Assembly: GCF_009914755.1 (NCBI RefSeq)
Contig: NC_060925.1
DNA: 64,000 nucleotides
Source: the human T2T-CHM13v2.0 reference genome, Homo sapiens
Strand: one strand, 5' to 3'
The position numbers and the translations under genes were made by a program. Below the pieces are notes generated by a model. It had not been told where the DNA came from and made no database searches. It saw only the letters and a list, made by a program, of their open reading frames with translations. Of the stretch, positions 1-58,244 are shown piece after piece (position 1 is the first letter of the stretch; the number at the start of each line of letters is the position of its first letter).

Positions 1-376
1 CTGCAAAATCAAAATTCTGCCTCATTCAGGCAGTTAGTGCTAGGGGTATGTTAGGTCACTATTGGCCACCAGAAAGTGAAACCTAGAGTAGCTCAAGAAT
101 GAGGGTCGGGGCTTGTTATCAGGAATCTTACAGAATCAAAGAGCGAGCTGAACGGCCAAGCCTCTGGAGTGGTGGGGCCCATCAGCTGGGGCCTGTGTGC
201 TCATTTCTCTCACACATCTTCATTCCTCCCTCAGCAGATAACCTTCTCCACAGGCTCCAGGTTCTGTGCTTAACATTGTTTTGCATGTGGCTTTGAGTAA
301 CCACACCTCCAATCCCAACTTTATTGCTCTATTGCCCAATTGTTCAATTTCTTGTCTTGGTTTAAATTCTGAAGAG

Positions 377-535
377 GGCCAGGCACAGTGGCACACACCT
401 GTAATCCCTGCAGCTCAGGAGGCTCAGGTGAGAGAAATTGTTTGAGCCCATGAGTGCAAGGCTGCAGTGACCCATGATCGTGCTGCTGCACTCCAGCCTG
501 GGTGACAGAGAAAGACCTCAGCTCTAAAAATAAAG
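377..535 (+). mobile_element. Alu monomer (FRAM/FAM-like)
   Basis: Single diverged Alu arm with A-tail. Confidence 0.75.
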
Positions 536-1025
536 TAAATTATCAATTTAATTTAATTGAAGAATGTAATGGCTCCGCCAGGGATGAACCTCCTTGGTCT
601 GGTCAGCCATCATCTTGGGTGGTGGATGGAGCACTTAGTGTAAACATGGCAACCTTACCCTCATCCTTCTGTGGGGTCTGAAGGGTACATCCAAGGAAGG
701 GGACAAGGCGGGGCTGGTTTCCTAAACCTGTCTTTCTGAACATAGGCCCAGTGCTGAGATCCCACACACACCTAGCCACCCAAATCTTGTGACTGTCATC
801 CTCTAGCTAGATCTATTGCAATGTTCTTCTCAAATCTATGATACCTTTACTGTCTCACTTGAGTTGTTATTTTACTCCCTTGTTCAGATGAGAAACAGGT
901 TCAGAAAGGTGAATTCATGTGTGATACAGATAGAGAATGGAGGGGCTCAGGCTGACTGTGGGAGGCCAAGGGGCAAGCCTGCCAAGTGACATCTTCTACA
1001 ATGACCTCTCTCCTTTTCTTTTTAG

Positions 1026-1070
1026 AACCGTCTCGCCCAAATCTGCAGCAGCATACGGACCCACAAATGA
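1026..1070 (+). CDS. CDCA8: CDCA8 (borealin) last coding exon, NRLAQICSSIRTHK*
   Basis: Polypyrimidine tract ending TTTTAG (1025), then AAC CGT CTC GCC CAA ATC TGC...CAC AAA TGA; matches the remembered borealin C-terminus. Upstream exons lie outside the window. Confidence 0.93.
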   Translation, partial: NRLAQICSSIRTHK

Positions 1071-2422
1071 GACACCAAAGTTGACAGGATGGACTTTTAA
1101 TGGGCACTTCTGGGACCCTGAAGAGACTTCTTCCCTTCAGGCTTATTGTTTGAGTGTGAAGTTCCAGAGCAAGGAGCCATGTTCCTCTAAGGGAATTCAG
1201 GAATTCAGACGTGCTATTCCCACACCAGTTAGGTAGAGCTGTCTGTTCACCCTCCCATCCCAGCTGATCCCAGTCACTGCTTGCTGGGGCCATGCCATGG
1301 AAGCTTCCCATCAGTCTCCCAGCTGAATCCTCCCTGCTCTCTGAGCTGCTGCCTTTTGCCTCCTGCAACTCAACATCCTCTTCACCCTGCCCTGCCTGCA
1401 GTTGAGGGGGCGAAGAAGAACCCTGTGTTCTCAGGAAGACTGCCTCCACCACCGCTACCCAGAGAACCTCTGCATCTGGCATTTCTGCTCTCTATGCTTG
1501 AGACCGGGAGGTTTAGGCTCAGATAAGTGAGCTCTGGGCCATGAGAGGGTAGGTCCAGAAGGTGGGGGGAACTGTACAGATCAGCAGAGCAGGACAGTTG
1601 GCAGCAGTGACCTCAGTAGGGAACATGTCCGTCTACCCTCTCGCACTCATGACACCTCCCCCTACCAGCCCTCCTCTTCCTCCTCCTCCTCCTCCTGTGG
1701 GAGGTGGTCAGTGGGACTTAGGGATCTTTCACCTGCTGTGCCCAGTAGTTCTGAAGTCTGCTTGTGGAGCAGTGTTTTATGTTTATCCCTGTTTACTGAA
1801 GACCAAATACTGGTTTGGAGACAACTTCCATGTCTTGCTCTTCTACCTCCCTAGTTAGTGGAAATTTGGATAAGGGAACTGTAGGGCCCAGATTCTGGAG
1901 GTTTTATGTCATTGGCCACAGAATAACTGTCTCTAAGCTATCCATGGTCCAGTGGTCCCTGCCAAGTCTGTAGACTTCAGAGAGCACTTCTCTCTTATGG
2001 GGTTCATGGGAACAGGGGCGGGTGTGACTTGCTTGGTGGCCTCATTCCATGTGTGCCTGTGCCTGGGGCATGGACTTTGTTAAGCAGAGTCAGCAGTGAG
2101 GTCCTCATTCTCCAGCCAGCCTCTCTGCCCTGGAGAATCATGTGCTATGTTCTAAGAATTTGAGAACTAGAGTCCTCATCCCCAGGCTTGAAGGCACATG
2201 GCTTTCTCATGTAGGGCTCTCTGTGGTATTTGTTATTATTTTGCAACAAGACCATTTTAGTAAAACAGTCCTGTTCAAGTTGTATTCTTTTAAGTTCTTT
2301 TATTCTCCTTTCCCTGAGATTTTTGTATATATTGTTCTGAGTAATGGTATCTTTGAGCTGATTGTTCTAATCAGAGCTGGTACCTACTTTCAATAAATTC
2401 TGGTTTTGTGTTTTCTTTTGTA
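1071..2422 (+). other. CDCA8: CDCA8 3' UTR
   Basis: Repeat-poor stretch from the stop codon to AATAAA at 2392-2397, followed by a GT/T-rich tract; the end position is approximate. Confidence 0.8.
2392..2397 (+). terminator. CDCA8 polyadenylation signal AATAAA
   Basis: caATAAAttc followed by tggttttgtgttttcttttg. Confidence 0.8.
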
Positions 2423-3218
2423 ATCACTGTTCATCCTGCCTGTCCTCTCCAAGCTGTGCTCTGTGGACTAGGGAGACAGCAATTGTGTGGGAGTCTTTGC
2501 ACATCTGCTTTTCTCAGATGTGAAAACCTTTGCTTTGGGCAGATTCATTCTGATATCTGAAAGAGGGGCTTACTACAAGATCCAGAGCATCGGTACCTTC
2601 AACCCCCAGCAGAGCGCCCCCAACACCTTCATTCCATGAGCTAGAAATTTGTGTCTGGGAGGACAACACCTAGGGTCTCTGTAATTTCCCAGTATAGTAG
2701 ACTTTTCTTGGCCAGGAACAAAGCGGGGCAAGAGTAATTCGGTGATCATGAGTCTCACTTCCCAAAGTTTCTGAGGCCCTGGCAGATCTGCCTTCCCGGA
2801 ACTCTCTAGGCTGAAAATGATCAACCTAGAGCTAATGATGCAAGAGGGTTCTGCCTAAAAGAAGACAACCTGGGGGCATACTTAGCCAGGTTATTGGGTA
2901 TTGACAATTTATAGACTAGGAATCTTCTGGTAGTGACAGCATTTGGAAGAATGGTTACTCAGTGCAAATAAGCAACCCAGACTATATGTCATCAGGCCTA
3001 AAGAGCCTGACACCAAGGAAACACTTAGGATCCAACCTGCTTTACCCAGAACCAGGTTCATCCTGTTTCATTCCATCTGCACCACTGCCTAAATCACCTA
3101 GTAGGAAATGCATGTTATGTAGCAGGTGCCTAATTAACACCTGGGACTGAGACATGGCAGTTCTTCATTTCATATAAGGGGCTGGCTTGGAAAGTAAAGA
3201 GTTCCCCATCCCAGGATT

Positions 3219-3514
3219 GATTGATTGATTGATTTTTTTGAGACAGAGTTTCGCTCTTATTGCCCAGGCTAGAGTGCAGTGGTGAGATCTCGGCTCACTG
3301 CAACCTCCACCTCAGGTTCAAGCAATTCTCCTGCCTCAACCTCCCAAGTAGCTGGGATTACAGGTGCACACCACCACGCCTGGCTAAGTTTTGTACTTTT
3401 AGTGGAGACAGGGTTTCGCCATGTTGGCCAGGCTGGTCTCCTGACCTCAGGTGATCCACCCACCTCCACCTCCCAAAGTGCTGGGATTACAGGTATGAGC
3501 CACTGTGCCCGGCC
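3219..3514 (-). mobile_element. AluS
   Basis: Full dimer, (GATT)n-derived tail, TSD ccat(c/t)ccaggatt. Confidence 0.9.
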
Positions 3515-5045
3515 CCATTCCAGGATTTTTAAAAAAATTTTTGTTTTTTATCATTTGGTATTTTTGTTGATTTATTTTGTAGAACTTATGTCCCCACCAT
3601 CCCAGGATTTTTAAGTACAGGCTGAACTATGTCACAGGGCTGGGACAAAGACAACCTAAATCTTACTGCCAGCCCCCAGACATACTTTCATACTCGTTGG
3701 GTTGGGTTTGGGTTTTTTTTTTTCCCCAAATTAGTTGCTAACCATTTAAATATGGGGCGATTACACAAAGATTGCTAGCCTCTGAAAATAAGATCAGACA
3801 GCACGGGCCAACAGTCAGCTGGAGCTCAGTAGCAGCTTTCCTTGGCCCGCAGAGAATCCTCTACCGGTTCAAAGCAATCCTGATGAGATTACTTCTTCCC
3901 TTGATGTTACCTGCCTTATCTCTGTAGGCAATTTAGTTTTTACTGTCTGCTGTGGACAGAAAGCATAGAACAGTAGGGCTGCCCCAGGTTGAAGGGAGAA
4001 TGGAGGCCTGGAGTCCATCCCCAGGGCCGCTGAGGCAGTTTTAAGGAACCCCAGAGGTCCAGTCAACAGTAGGTTCGTTCTTTGTCCTACAGGGCCCCTG
4101 TTATTTCCAAAAGCCCTACTTGGGGCTTCCTGTTGAGAAGATTACAAATGTATTATCTTGTGACGAGTTAGATTATATTACTCATATGAAGAGTTAGCTC
4201 ATGTGCGTGTGTGACAGGACATCACCTAAGCATTTCTCCAAAGCATCAGACATGCCTTTTACCAGGAGGAATTAATATCCCCAGCCTGACCCATGATAAT
4301 GAGTTCACATACCAATGCAGGGCTTAGCTCCACGATGTATCCCCAAACCTCTGAAAAACAAAGCATGTCTCAGTGCCTACCTGTGTACACACTCTGGTGG
4401 GTCCGTTTTCTAATTTTACACAGTATCATAGCTGTTGACCCATACCTAAAATTCAGCATGACATATGTACTCAAAACTTTCATAGTAGATACAATTCCTG
4501 TGGCTCCAGAAATGGAAGGACTGAGAGACACTCTTCAGAGAGGATTCAATCAGAATTGGGGGCTACACTGGGCTCCCTGCTAAAAGGGGGGTCTGGAATC
4601 CAATTTGCTTTGCCTAAGATGCCATCTCCCTTTAAGGGATTAAACATCTCCTCAGCCCTGTATCATCCCTACCTGCATCACCCCACCTGTCAAGCCTCCA
4701 CCGTCCCCTCCCTGCCAGCTGTAACGTGCACTTCTTGCCTTCTACACTTTGCCATCATCCTTCCCTCAGCTGATATTAGGATCTGCATGGTTCATCTTTC
4801 CTGATCCTTGGGTGGTGGATATGGTGGAGGACAAACATACCCTTGGCACCAAGATACCAGCTCCATCTGCAAATTTTCAGTACCCACAAGCACACATACG
4901 TCACAATATGCTAAGAACCATCAGGATGGAGACAGGTGACAATCTTCAAGGATACACTCTTCCAATCAAATGCCAAGGTCACCCTGGCAAACCTCCTCCT
5001 CTTCACTCTTCATAAGGCCCCAGGTGAGGGTCAAGGAGGAATGCT

Positions 5046-5352
5046 GGCTGGGAGCAGTGGCTCAAGCCTGTAATCTTAGCACTTTGGAGGGCCGAGGTGG
5101 ACAGATCACCTGAGGTCAGGGATTCGGGACCAGCCTGGCCAAAACGGCAAAACCCCATCTCTACTAAAAATACAAAAATCAGCCAGGTGTGGTAGAACAT
5201 GCCTATAATCCCAGCTACTTACTGAGGCAAGAGAATCACTTGGACCCATGAGGCAGAGGGTACAGTGAGCCGAGATCATGCCACTGCACTCCAGCCTGGG
5301 TGACAGAGCAAGACTTGTGTCTCAAAAAAAAAAAAAAAAAAAAAAGAAAAAA
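5046..5352 (+). mobile_element. AluS
   Basis: Full dimer, poly(A), TSD aggaatgct. Confidence 0.9.
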
Positions 5353-6163
5353 GGAATGCTGTGGGGTGGAGGAAGGAAAAGGGGCCCAGGAGAAGCCTAA
5401 ATGAAAGGGGAGGAAAGGTGCTGCAATGGGGAAACAAGTTTGGTTTTGATTTTTTCATTTTCCTCTTACACTTCTACAAGCAGTCTTGATCAAACATATT
5501 CCCTGGAACTAGGCTCGAGATACCCATAATCCGCTCCCAAGATGCTGATAGGCAACATGAGATCATTCATGAGCCCAAACAACTTCTGGCTTCTCTCTGT
5601 TGCCCAAAGACCCCAAGGGGCTCAACTAGTAAACTGTGGTGGGAAATATCCTGCAAATAGCAGGATTTTTTCAAGATACTGGCAGACAGTTCCATTTCAA
5701 TGGCAAAGGGTACAAAGAGATTTAAAGAGAGCTGCAGGTGGTGCAGTGTGAATTTTACTCACATCCTGAGCCGTGGGGCAGAGGTAACGTTAGGAACTGA
5801 GATGCCCTCCTGTAAGGTCCAGAACACAGGCTTTGGCTACCAAAGACAGCTAACACACTACCCACTTTCCTCTAGGAGCCCGCTCACACCTCCTCGGGGA
5901 TGAAGTCAGGCAGAGCCTTCCCCTGAGCCCCAAAACACCTAGAATTCATCCTTATTGCCATGGCGTGGGTACTTTTTACTTAACTGACTCGCCCATTGGG
6001 CAGTAAGGCCTTAACTTGCCAGAGCCAGCCATCTAGTATGTGCCTGGTCCATGTGCAGTGAATGAGCAAATACCTTGTCAAGCCAGATCAGCAGGCCCAC
6101 TGCCTAGAGAAGTTCCATTCCTGACCACATGTTATATGTCTACCTGGTGCCTCACACCAGCTA

Positions 6164-6165
<2 letters not shown>

Positions 6166-6200
<35 letters not shown>

Positions 6201-6212
6201 GTAATACTAATA
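6166..6212. repeat. (TAA)n microsatellite
   Basis: Direct reading. Confidence 0.9.
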
Positions 6213-6617
6213 ACGAGTGGGCATTTCCTGTGTTCTGTGTGCCAGGCACTGTGTTAATGCTGGGGTCCTGCATTCCCTGGCTGCATGCCTCTCCTGGGGC
6301 TGACTTCAGTGGAGCAATGCTGCTAACATCTCTAACCCACTCCTCATTCATTCCTCCCCACCAGAGGGTGGCTTCTCAAGTGGAATTGAGGGACAGAAGG
6401 AACAACCTGCTTGACTCAGTGCCATCTGGCTTCTGCAGATCTGCTTGCCCACAAGAAAGGTGCACCCTGCTCTGCTCCCATCGTGCAGGCAGGAGCTGAG
6501 GGGACAGTTCTGCCCCTGCAGTGGATGTCTGCCCCACCCGGCTCAGCCTGGGACTGGGTGGGTCTAGTTCAGGGGAATGATGGGAAACATACTTTGTCCC
6601 TGATGCGCGGCATCTCA

Positions 6618-6623
6618 TTTATT
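6618..6623 (-). terminator. Candidate distal EPHA10 poly(A) signal
   Basis: tttatt on +, about 190 nt beyond a plausible acceptor at 6811-6812. Confidence 0.45.
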
Positions 6624-7250
6624 GAAGACGTACATGTTAACATCTCTGAAACTGGGATGCATCTTTCAGTTGGATGGCACAACATAGTTGGCTGTGATGT
6701 TTCTTTCTTGGTAGGACATCTTACACTCAATGGCATCTTAGATTCAAAGAAACTTGGTAAGCAACATTCTCCAGTTAGCCTTATCAAAGAGCTGATATTT
6801 TGCTCTCCACCTGTCCCAAGGAATTAGTATTTAACTGGCTCTGAGCACAGGCAGTGGGGGAAGGGGTCTTATTTATCACCATCCCCACCATCCTACCCCT
6901 TGCCCTAAGCACTTTGCATGTCCTGAACTATGCAGAGGAGGAAGACGCCTTCCGCAGCCTAAAGAACATGAATGGCCCGGGCCAGGGAGAGGAGAAGCAC
7001 TAGCAAGCCAACTGAGACATGCAAGGACTCATGTGGTCCAAGTGTGTGTGTGCACGTGTGTCCATGAGTACATATGTGTTCACATGCATGCGCACTCAGG
7101 CCTTGCCCCTGCAGCCTTTGGCCCACACCTGCAGCCTGTCCTGGTCATTGTCTCAGCCCACTCTTCCTCCTTTTGCTGGACTCCTCAAAGATTCCCAAAC
7201 TCCACTCCCCAATCCTCTCATCTGGCTTCTGCCCTGACAACAAAGGTCGC

Positions 7251-7676
7251 TGTTACGGGTTGAATTGTGCCCCCCGCCAGGCCTCTATGTTGAAGTCCTA
7301 ACTCCCAGTAACTCAGAAGGTGACCGTACTTGGAGACAGGCCCTTTAAAGGGGTGATTAAGTTAAAATGAGGATGTTAGGGTGGGCTGGTATGGACCGGT
7401 TCAATATGACTGGCATCCATAAAAAGGGGAAATTTGGACTTACAGAGGGAAGATGATGCGAAGAGAGAGTGGGAAGATGGCCACAGGCAAGCCGGGGAGA
7501 GAGGCCCAGAGCAGAAGCTCCCCTCACAGCTCTCAGCAGGAAACAACCTTGCGCACATCTTGATCTTGGCTTCCAGCCTCCAGAGCTGTGGGACAGTAAA
7601 TCCCTGTCGGCAAACCCATGGGTGCTGTGTTACAGTCTGAGGTGCTGTGTTACAGTAGCCCAAGCAAATGAATACA
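7251..7676 (+). mobile_element. MaLR solo LTR (MLT1A/B/C-like)
   Basis: TGTTACGGGTTGAATTGTG...ATGTTGAAGTCCTAAC...GATCTTGGCTTCCAGCCTCCAGAGCTGTG...AATACA. Confidence 0.85.
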
Positions 7677-7744
7677 CTCACTGATAATAGCCCAGTGCCC
7701 ACACTGACAGCCACTCCTCCCTCCTCTTTCACTTGATTTCTCTG

Positions 7745-8042
7745 TTTTTGTTGTTGTTGTTATTTGTTTTTCTGCTCTGTCACCCAGGCTGGAGTATAGT
7801 GGCACAATCTCGGCCCACTGCAACCTCCATCTCCTGGGTTCAAGTGATTCTCCTGTGTCATCCTCCTGAGTAGCTGGGATTACAGGCACCCACCACCACA
7901 CCCAGCTAATTTATGTGTTTTTAGTAGAGATGGGGTTTCACCATGTTGGCCAGGCTGGTCTCAAACTCCTGGCCTCAAGTGATCTACCCACCTCAACCTC
8001 TCAAAGTGCTGGGATTACAGGCATGAGCCACCGAACCCGGCC
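7745..8042 (-). mobile_element. Alu
   Basis: Reverse Alu dimer. Confidence 0.9.
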
Positions 8043-8679
8043 ATTTTTCTCTGTATTTAACACCAAAACTTCATCTTCAGCAGCAATGGCACAGCTCCTC
8101 CTGGCATCTCCCACTGCTCCCCTTCATCCAGGTGCCTCCCAACACTGACGTCTCCCCTCTCCTGAACATGCTGGCCGGGTGACCTCCTTCTCACCCTGGC
8201 TTCTACCCCCATCTGAATGCTGATGACCCCAAAGCTCTGTCTCTAACTTACATCTGTGCTCCGAGGTTCAGACCAGATATCCACCTGCCTCCTAGACATC
8301 TCTGCCGCACATCCCACAGGCATCTCAAACACATATCCAAAACTGAGCACTGAGCACCTTTCCTGGTCTCTGCCCTCCCTGGTACTGTCTATCCCAGCAA
8401 AGGACACCACCATGTCTCAGACACCTCCCTGGTTCTACTGCTCCTGAGACTGGGTAACAGACTTCTCTACATACCCAGGGCACCCAGTTCCCCTCGGTAC
8501 CCTGGGTCACACCGTCCTGCCATGGATCCTGGGACATCTTTCACGGCAGGAGCAGTGTTGGACTCACCTCTATGCAGAGAGATCTCAGACGCAGATTCTG
8601 GACACCCCTGTCCTCGAGGAAGGGGGCAGAAGCCCTTCCACACCAGCTATACAATGATCAAGCAACTGCCACTCAAAGA

Positions 8680-11083
8680 GGCACCATATCACAGACAAGT
8701 TTTTATTATCCTGCATAGAGAACCCAAGAAATATAAAAACATCTCCAGAAGGAACCCCCTCCGACTGGCCCCCTCCCTCCCAGGGTGAGCTCAGACCAGG
8801 GTAATGGGGGCTTGCAGGCCACCTCTGTCCAGTGAACAAGTTCCATATAAAAATAGATCTGTAGAGGGTTCCCAGAGAGCCATCGCCCCACATCACATCT
8901 GTGCAGGGCTGAGGCCTGGGACCCAACAGGATTCTGGGACCTCACTCCTCAGTGGAGGGGAGATCTACCCTGGACACCGAAGTCCTGCCAACACAGCCAG
9001 GGGCCCTTCTGCAGAAACAGCTGGGGTAGGGGGAGGAGATTTTGCCCTGCAGAGAATGACTGATGTAGCTGGAGATGAGGACGAGGCTCCATCCACCCAA
9101 GAAGGGATGCTGGTCCAGGCTTCCCAGGAGGGGTGGGGAAGGCGGATCCTGGAGGGCACCTGGCCGGGGGCTCCCCCAACCCTGACTAAGGTGGTAGCAA
9201 CATCATGGTCTCCCCAGTACCCCCAGAGTCACTGAGCTGGGGCAGGTGCTCAGGAGACAGGGAGGCAGGGGGCTGGGGGAGATTCCAAGAGCAGGGGAGC
9301 TGCTGCTGGCAGGGTAAGGCCAAAGGCACCTCTGTGAGTCACTGTCCCCCACCTCTGGGTGCTCTGCAAAGATGCACTGCACCTTCCCGCCTCTGGGCTC
9401 TTTCTCATGCTAGCCTCTCTGCATGGACTCCTTTTGTCCGAGGCCTGCCATCTTGCCTGCCGAAAACTCCACCCACCCCAAGGAAAGAACCTTCCCTTTC
9501 CCACCTGCAAGGCCCTGTTCAACTTACATCTCAACTTCACACATTAAGAGAGTGGCTATCTCCCCCTCCAGCCCACCTACCCACTGACCCAGAGGGCTCC
9601 TGGGGGGCCCTGGGCACTGTGGATGGTGCCCTGGAATTACTTCTTGGTACCTGAGCTCTTCTCCTGGTCTAGTCTGAGCCCCCCAAGGGCAGGCTGTGTG
9701 TCTTTTTCATCTTTACCTCTTGTCTCCTCTTTCCCGCCCCATCCCACCCCACCAACACACAGCCAAGCAGAGCAGACAAGTGTCACGGGCGGCCTAAACA
9801 AACTCAGTCCCTGTGGCCCTGCTGAGATCCAGCTGCCTTCCTGCCACCCTACGAAAGCTCTGGCATACTGGGCCCCACCATTCCCGGGGGCCCTTGTGGA
9901 TAAGGAACTCCACGGTGGGCTCAGCACAACCACTTCTGCCAGGGCTCTTCAAAGTCAGAGCAGGGAGGGGCTCCATGGAAGGCTGGGTAGTGCCCAAGGT
10001 ACGGAGCTGGCTGGAGGGGAGTCGCCTCTAGAGTCCCCAAGGGCTGTACAGGGAAGTGGTGGTGCCATAGGGCAGGACCAAGGACTCTCTCCCCAGAGCC
10101 AGCCTTACCCCTGGATTGGGTTCTGACCTCAGCTCTGCTCCTGACTCCTCACTTGGCCTCAGTTTCCCCCATCTGTACACTGGGGGTTAGACCAGCCTGT
10201 TTGAGAGAGAGGACCCATCTCTGAGTCTCCTCTTCACCCTCCCCATGGCTGGAGAGAAAAGCTCTTGGGTCCCTGGGGAGATAACATGGCCCTTTATGCT
10301 TTTCCCAGATGTCCTGGCCACTAAGTTCATAAAAGGAATGCACACGAGGGCCTCATGGGGCCCCAGGGAGCACCAGGGCCTCTCATGGCCCGGCCTGGCC
10401 AGGACTTTTGGCCTCACCCTGAACTGTCAGCCCAAGGCAGGGGGACACAGAAACCAGATCCTGAGTCTAGGGCTCTTGGGTATCAGCCCCTGAGCTCAGC
10501 ACCATCTTTGCCTGCCTGAGCCTTGGCCAGTGTCCAGTCAGCCCCTGCCAAGGCACAGGGAGCTGAGGTGGATGCACCTCTGGCCCAGCCCCCGACGCCT
10601 GAGCCACCAGGCAGCTGCAGTCACTGCCAGGTAGAAGAAGACCCCCCCAGGACCCACGCTGTCTGACTGGTCAATGGGTCTGTGGGAAAAGGGAACACCC
10701 CACGGGGTAGGCCCCAGCCCCCAGTGGGTACAAATGGCAGTAGGGCATGAGCCAGGGCAATCTCAACCCACTGTCTTCCCTCCCATCCCTGCCCCAGCTT
10801 TTCTCTGAGACCCCGAATTTCCTCCTGCTGTTATCTCAGGGGTCCTCCCTAGGGATTTGAACCTCTTTTCAGGGGCACTGAGTTAGCCAAGGCGTTCAGA
10901 CTCGTGAAAATGGGAGGGGCAGGCAGTGAAAGCGGGGAAGCTGTGGCCCCACCAGATCTGGGCCCAAGCAGAGGAAGAGAGCGCTCCCTCCCACACTGCT
11001 GGAGCGCAGCTTGCCACGGTCCTTGGGCAGGGCTGGGGGACTGGACCCCCACCGGAGTCCTGCCTTGGAAGAATGGGGTCCAC
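8680..11083 (-). other. EPHA10: EPHA10 3' UTR (proximal poly(A) form)
   Basis: Alu-free stretch from the stop codon to the first minus-strand AATAAA I found (8702-8707); the end position is approximate. Confidence 0.7.
8702..8707 (-). terminator. EPHA10 polyadenylation signal AATAAA
   Basis: tttatt on +; GU-rich sequence follows on the minus strand. Confidence 0.7.
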
Positions 11084-57595
<46,512 letters not shown>

Positions 57596-58198
57596 GGTCC
57601 GCAGACCGAGCTGTCAGTCCGGCGGCGGCTCAAGCCGCGCCAGCCTAGCACCGCTGAGCAATGCCCCCAGACCCCAGAGCCAGCGGGGGGCGGAGTCTCA
57701 CCGCTCACCATCATCCATGGGAACCAATCACTAGGCACCGCCGCGGGATGCCAACCAATCCCCGCCAGCAGAGGGTGGGAAGGTGGAGTTTCATAGGCCA
57801 GGGGCGGAACACCCAACTGGTGGGGAAAGGAAGGGGTCCCGCAGATCTCCAAACCGTGGGGGGTGGGGCAGCTGTGGGAGCTGGCAGGGCTTCTGCGAGA
57901 GGGGAATGAGCTGGCATCGGTGGCCCAGAGCGCTAAACCTTAGCTCCTCATTCCTGAGAAGTAGGCAGGCAAGGTGGGCTTGGCTTAAGGAGGGGCGACC
58001 CTCGGGGAGGCAGCAACACTTGCAGCCTCTGAGCTAGTCTGAAAGCTCCCTTGTTCCCAGGACTTGCGGGGTTTTGAAGCTTTATGTCCTGACCCCAAGC
58101 TCTGGGGAGCTCTCCTGTCTCCCTGCCCTAGGTCTGTTCCTGTGTCTGAGGCTCCCGGTGTCTCCTAGCTCATCCCCCCCTTTCTCTTCCCGCCCTCA

Positions 58199-58199
<1 letters not shown>

Positions 58200-58243
<44 letters not shown>
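58200..58243. repeat. Pure (CA)n microsatellite upstream of EPHA10
   Basis: Direct reading. Confidence 0.92.

Positions 58244-58244
<1 letters not shown>

Noticed and set aside
901-1482. 193-aa minus-strand ORF
   Set aside because: Antisense to the CDCA8 last exon and UTR; no recognisable homology.
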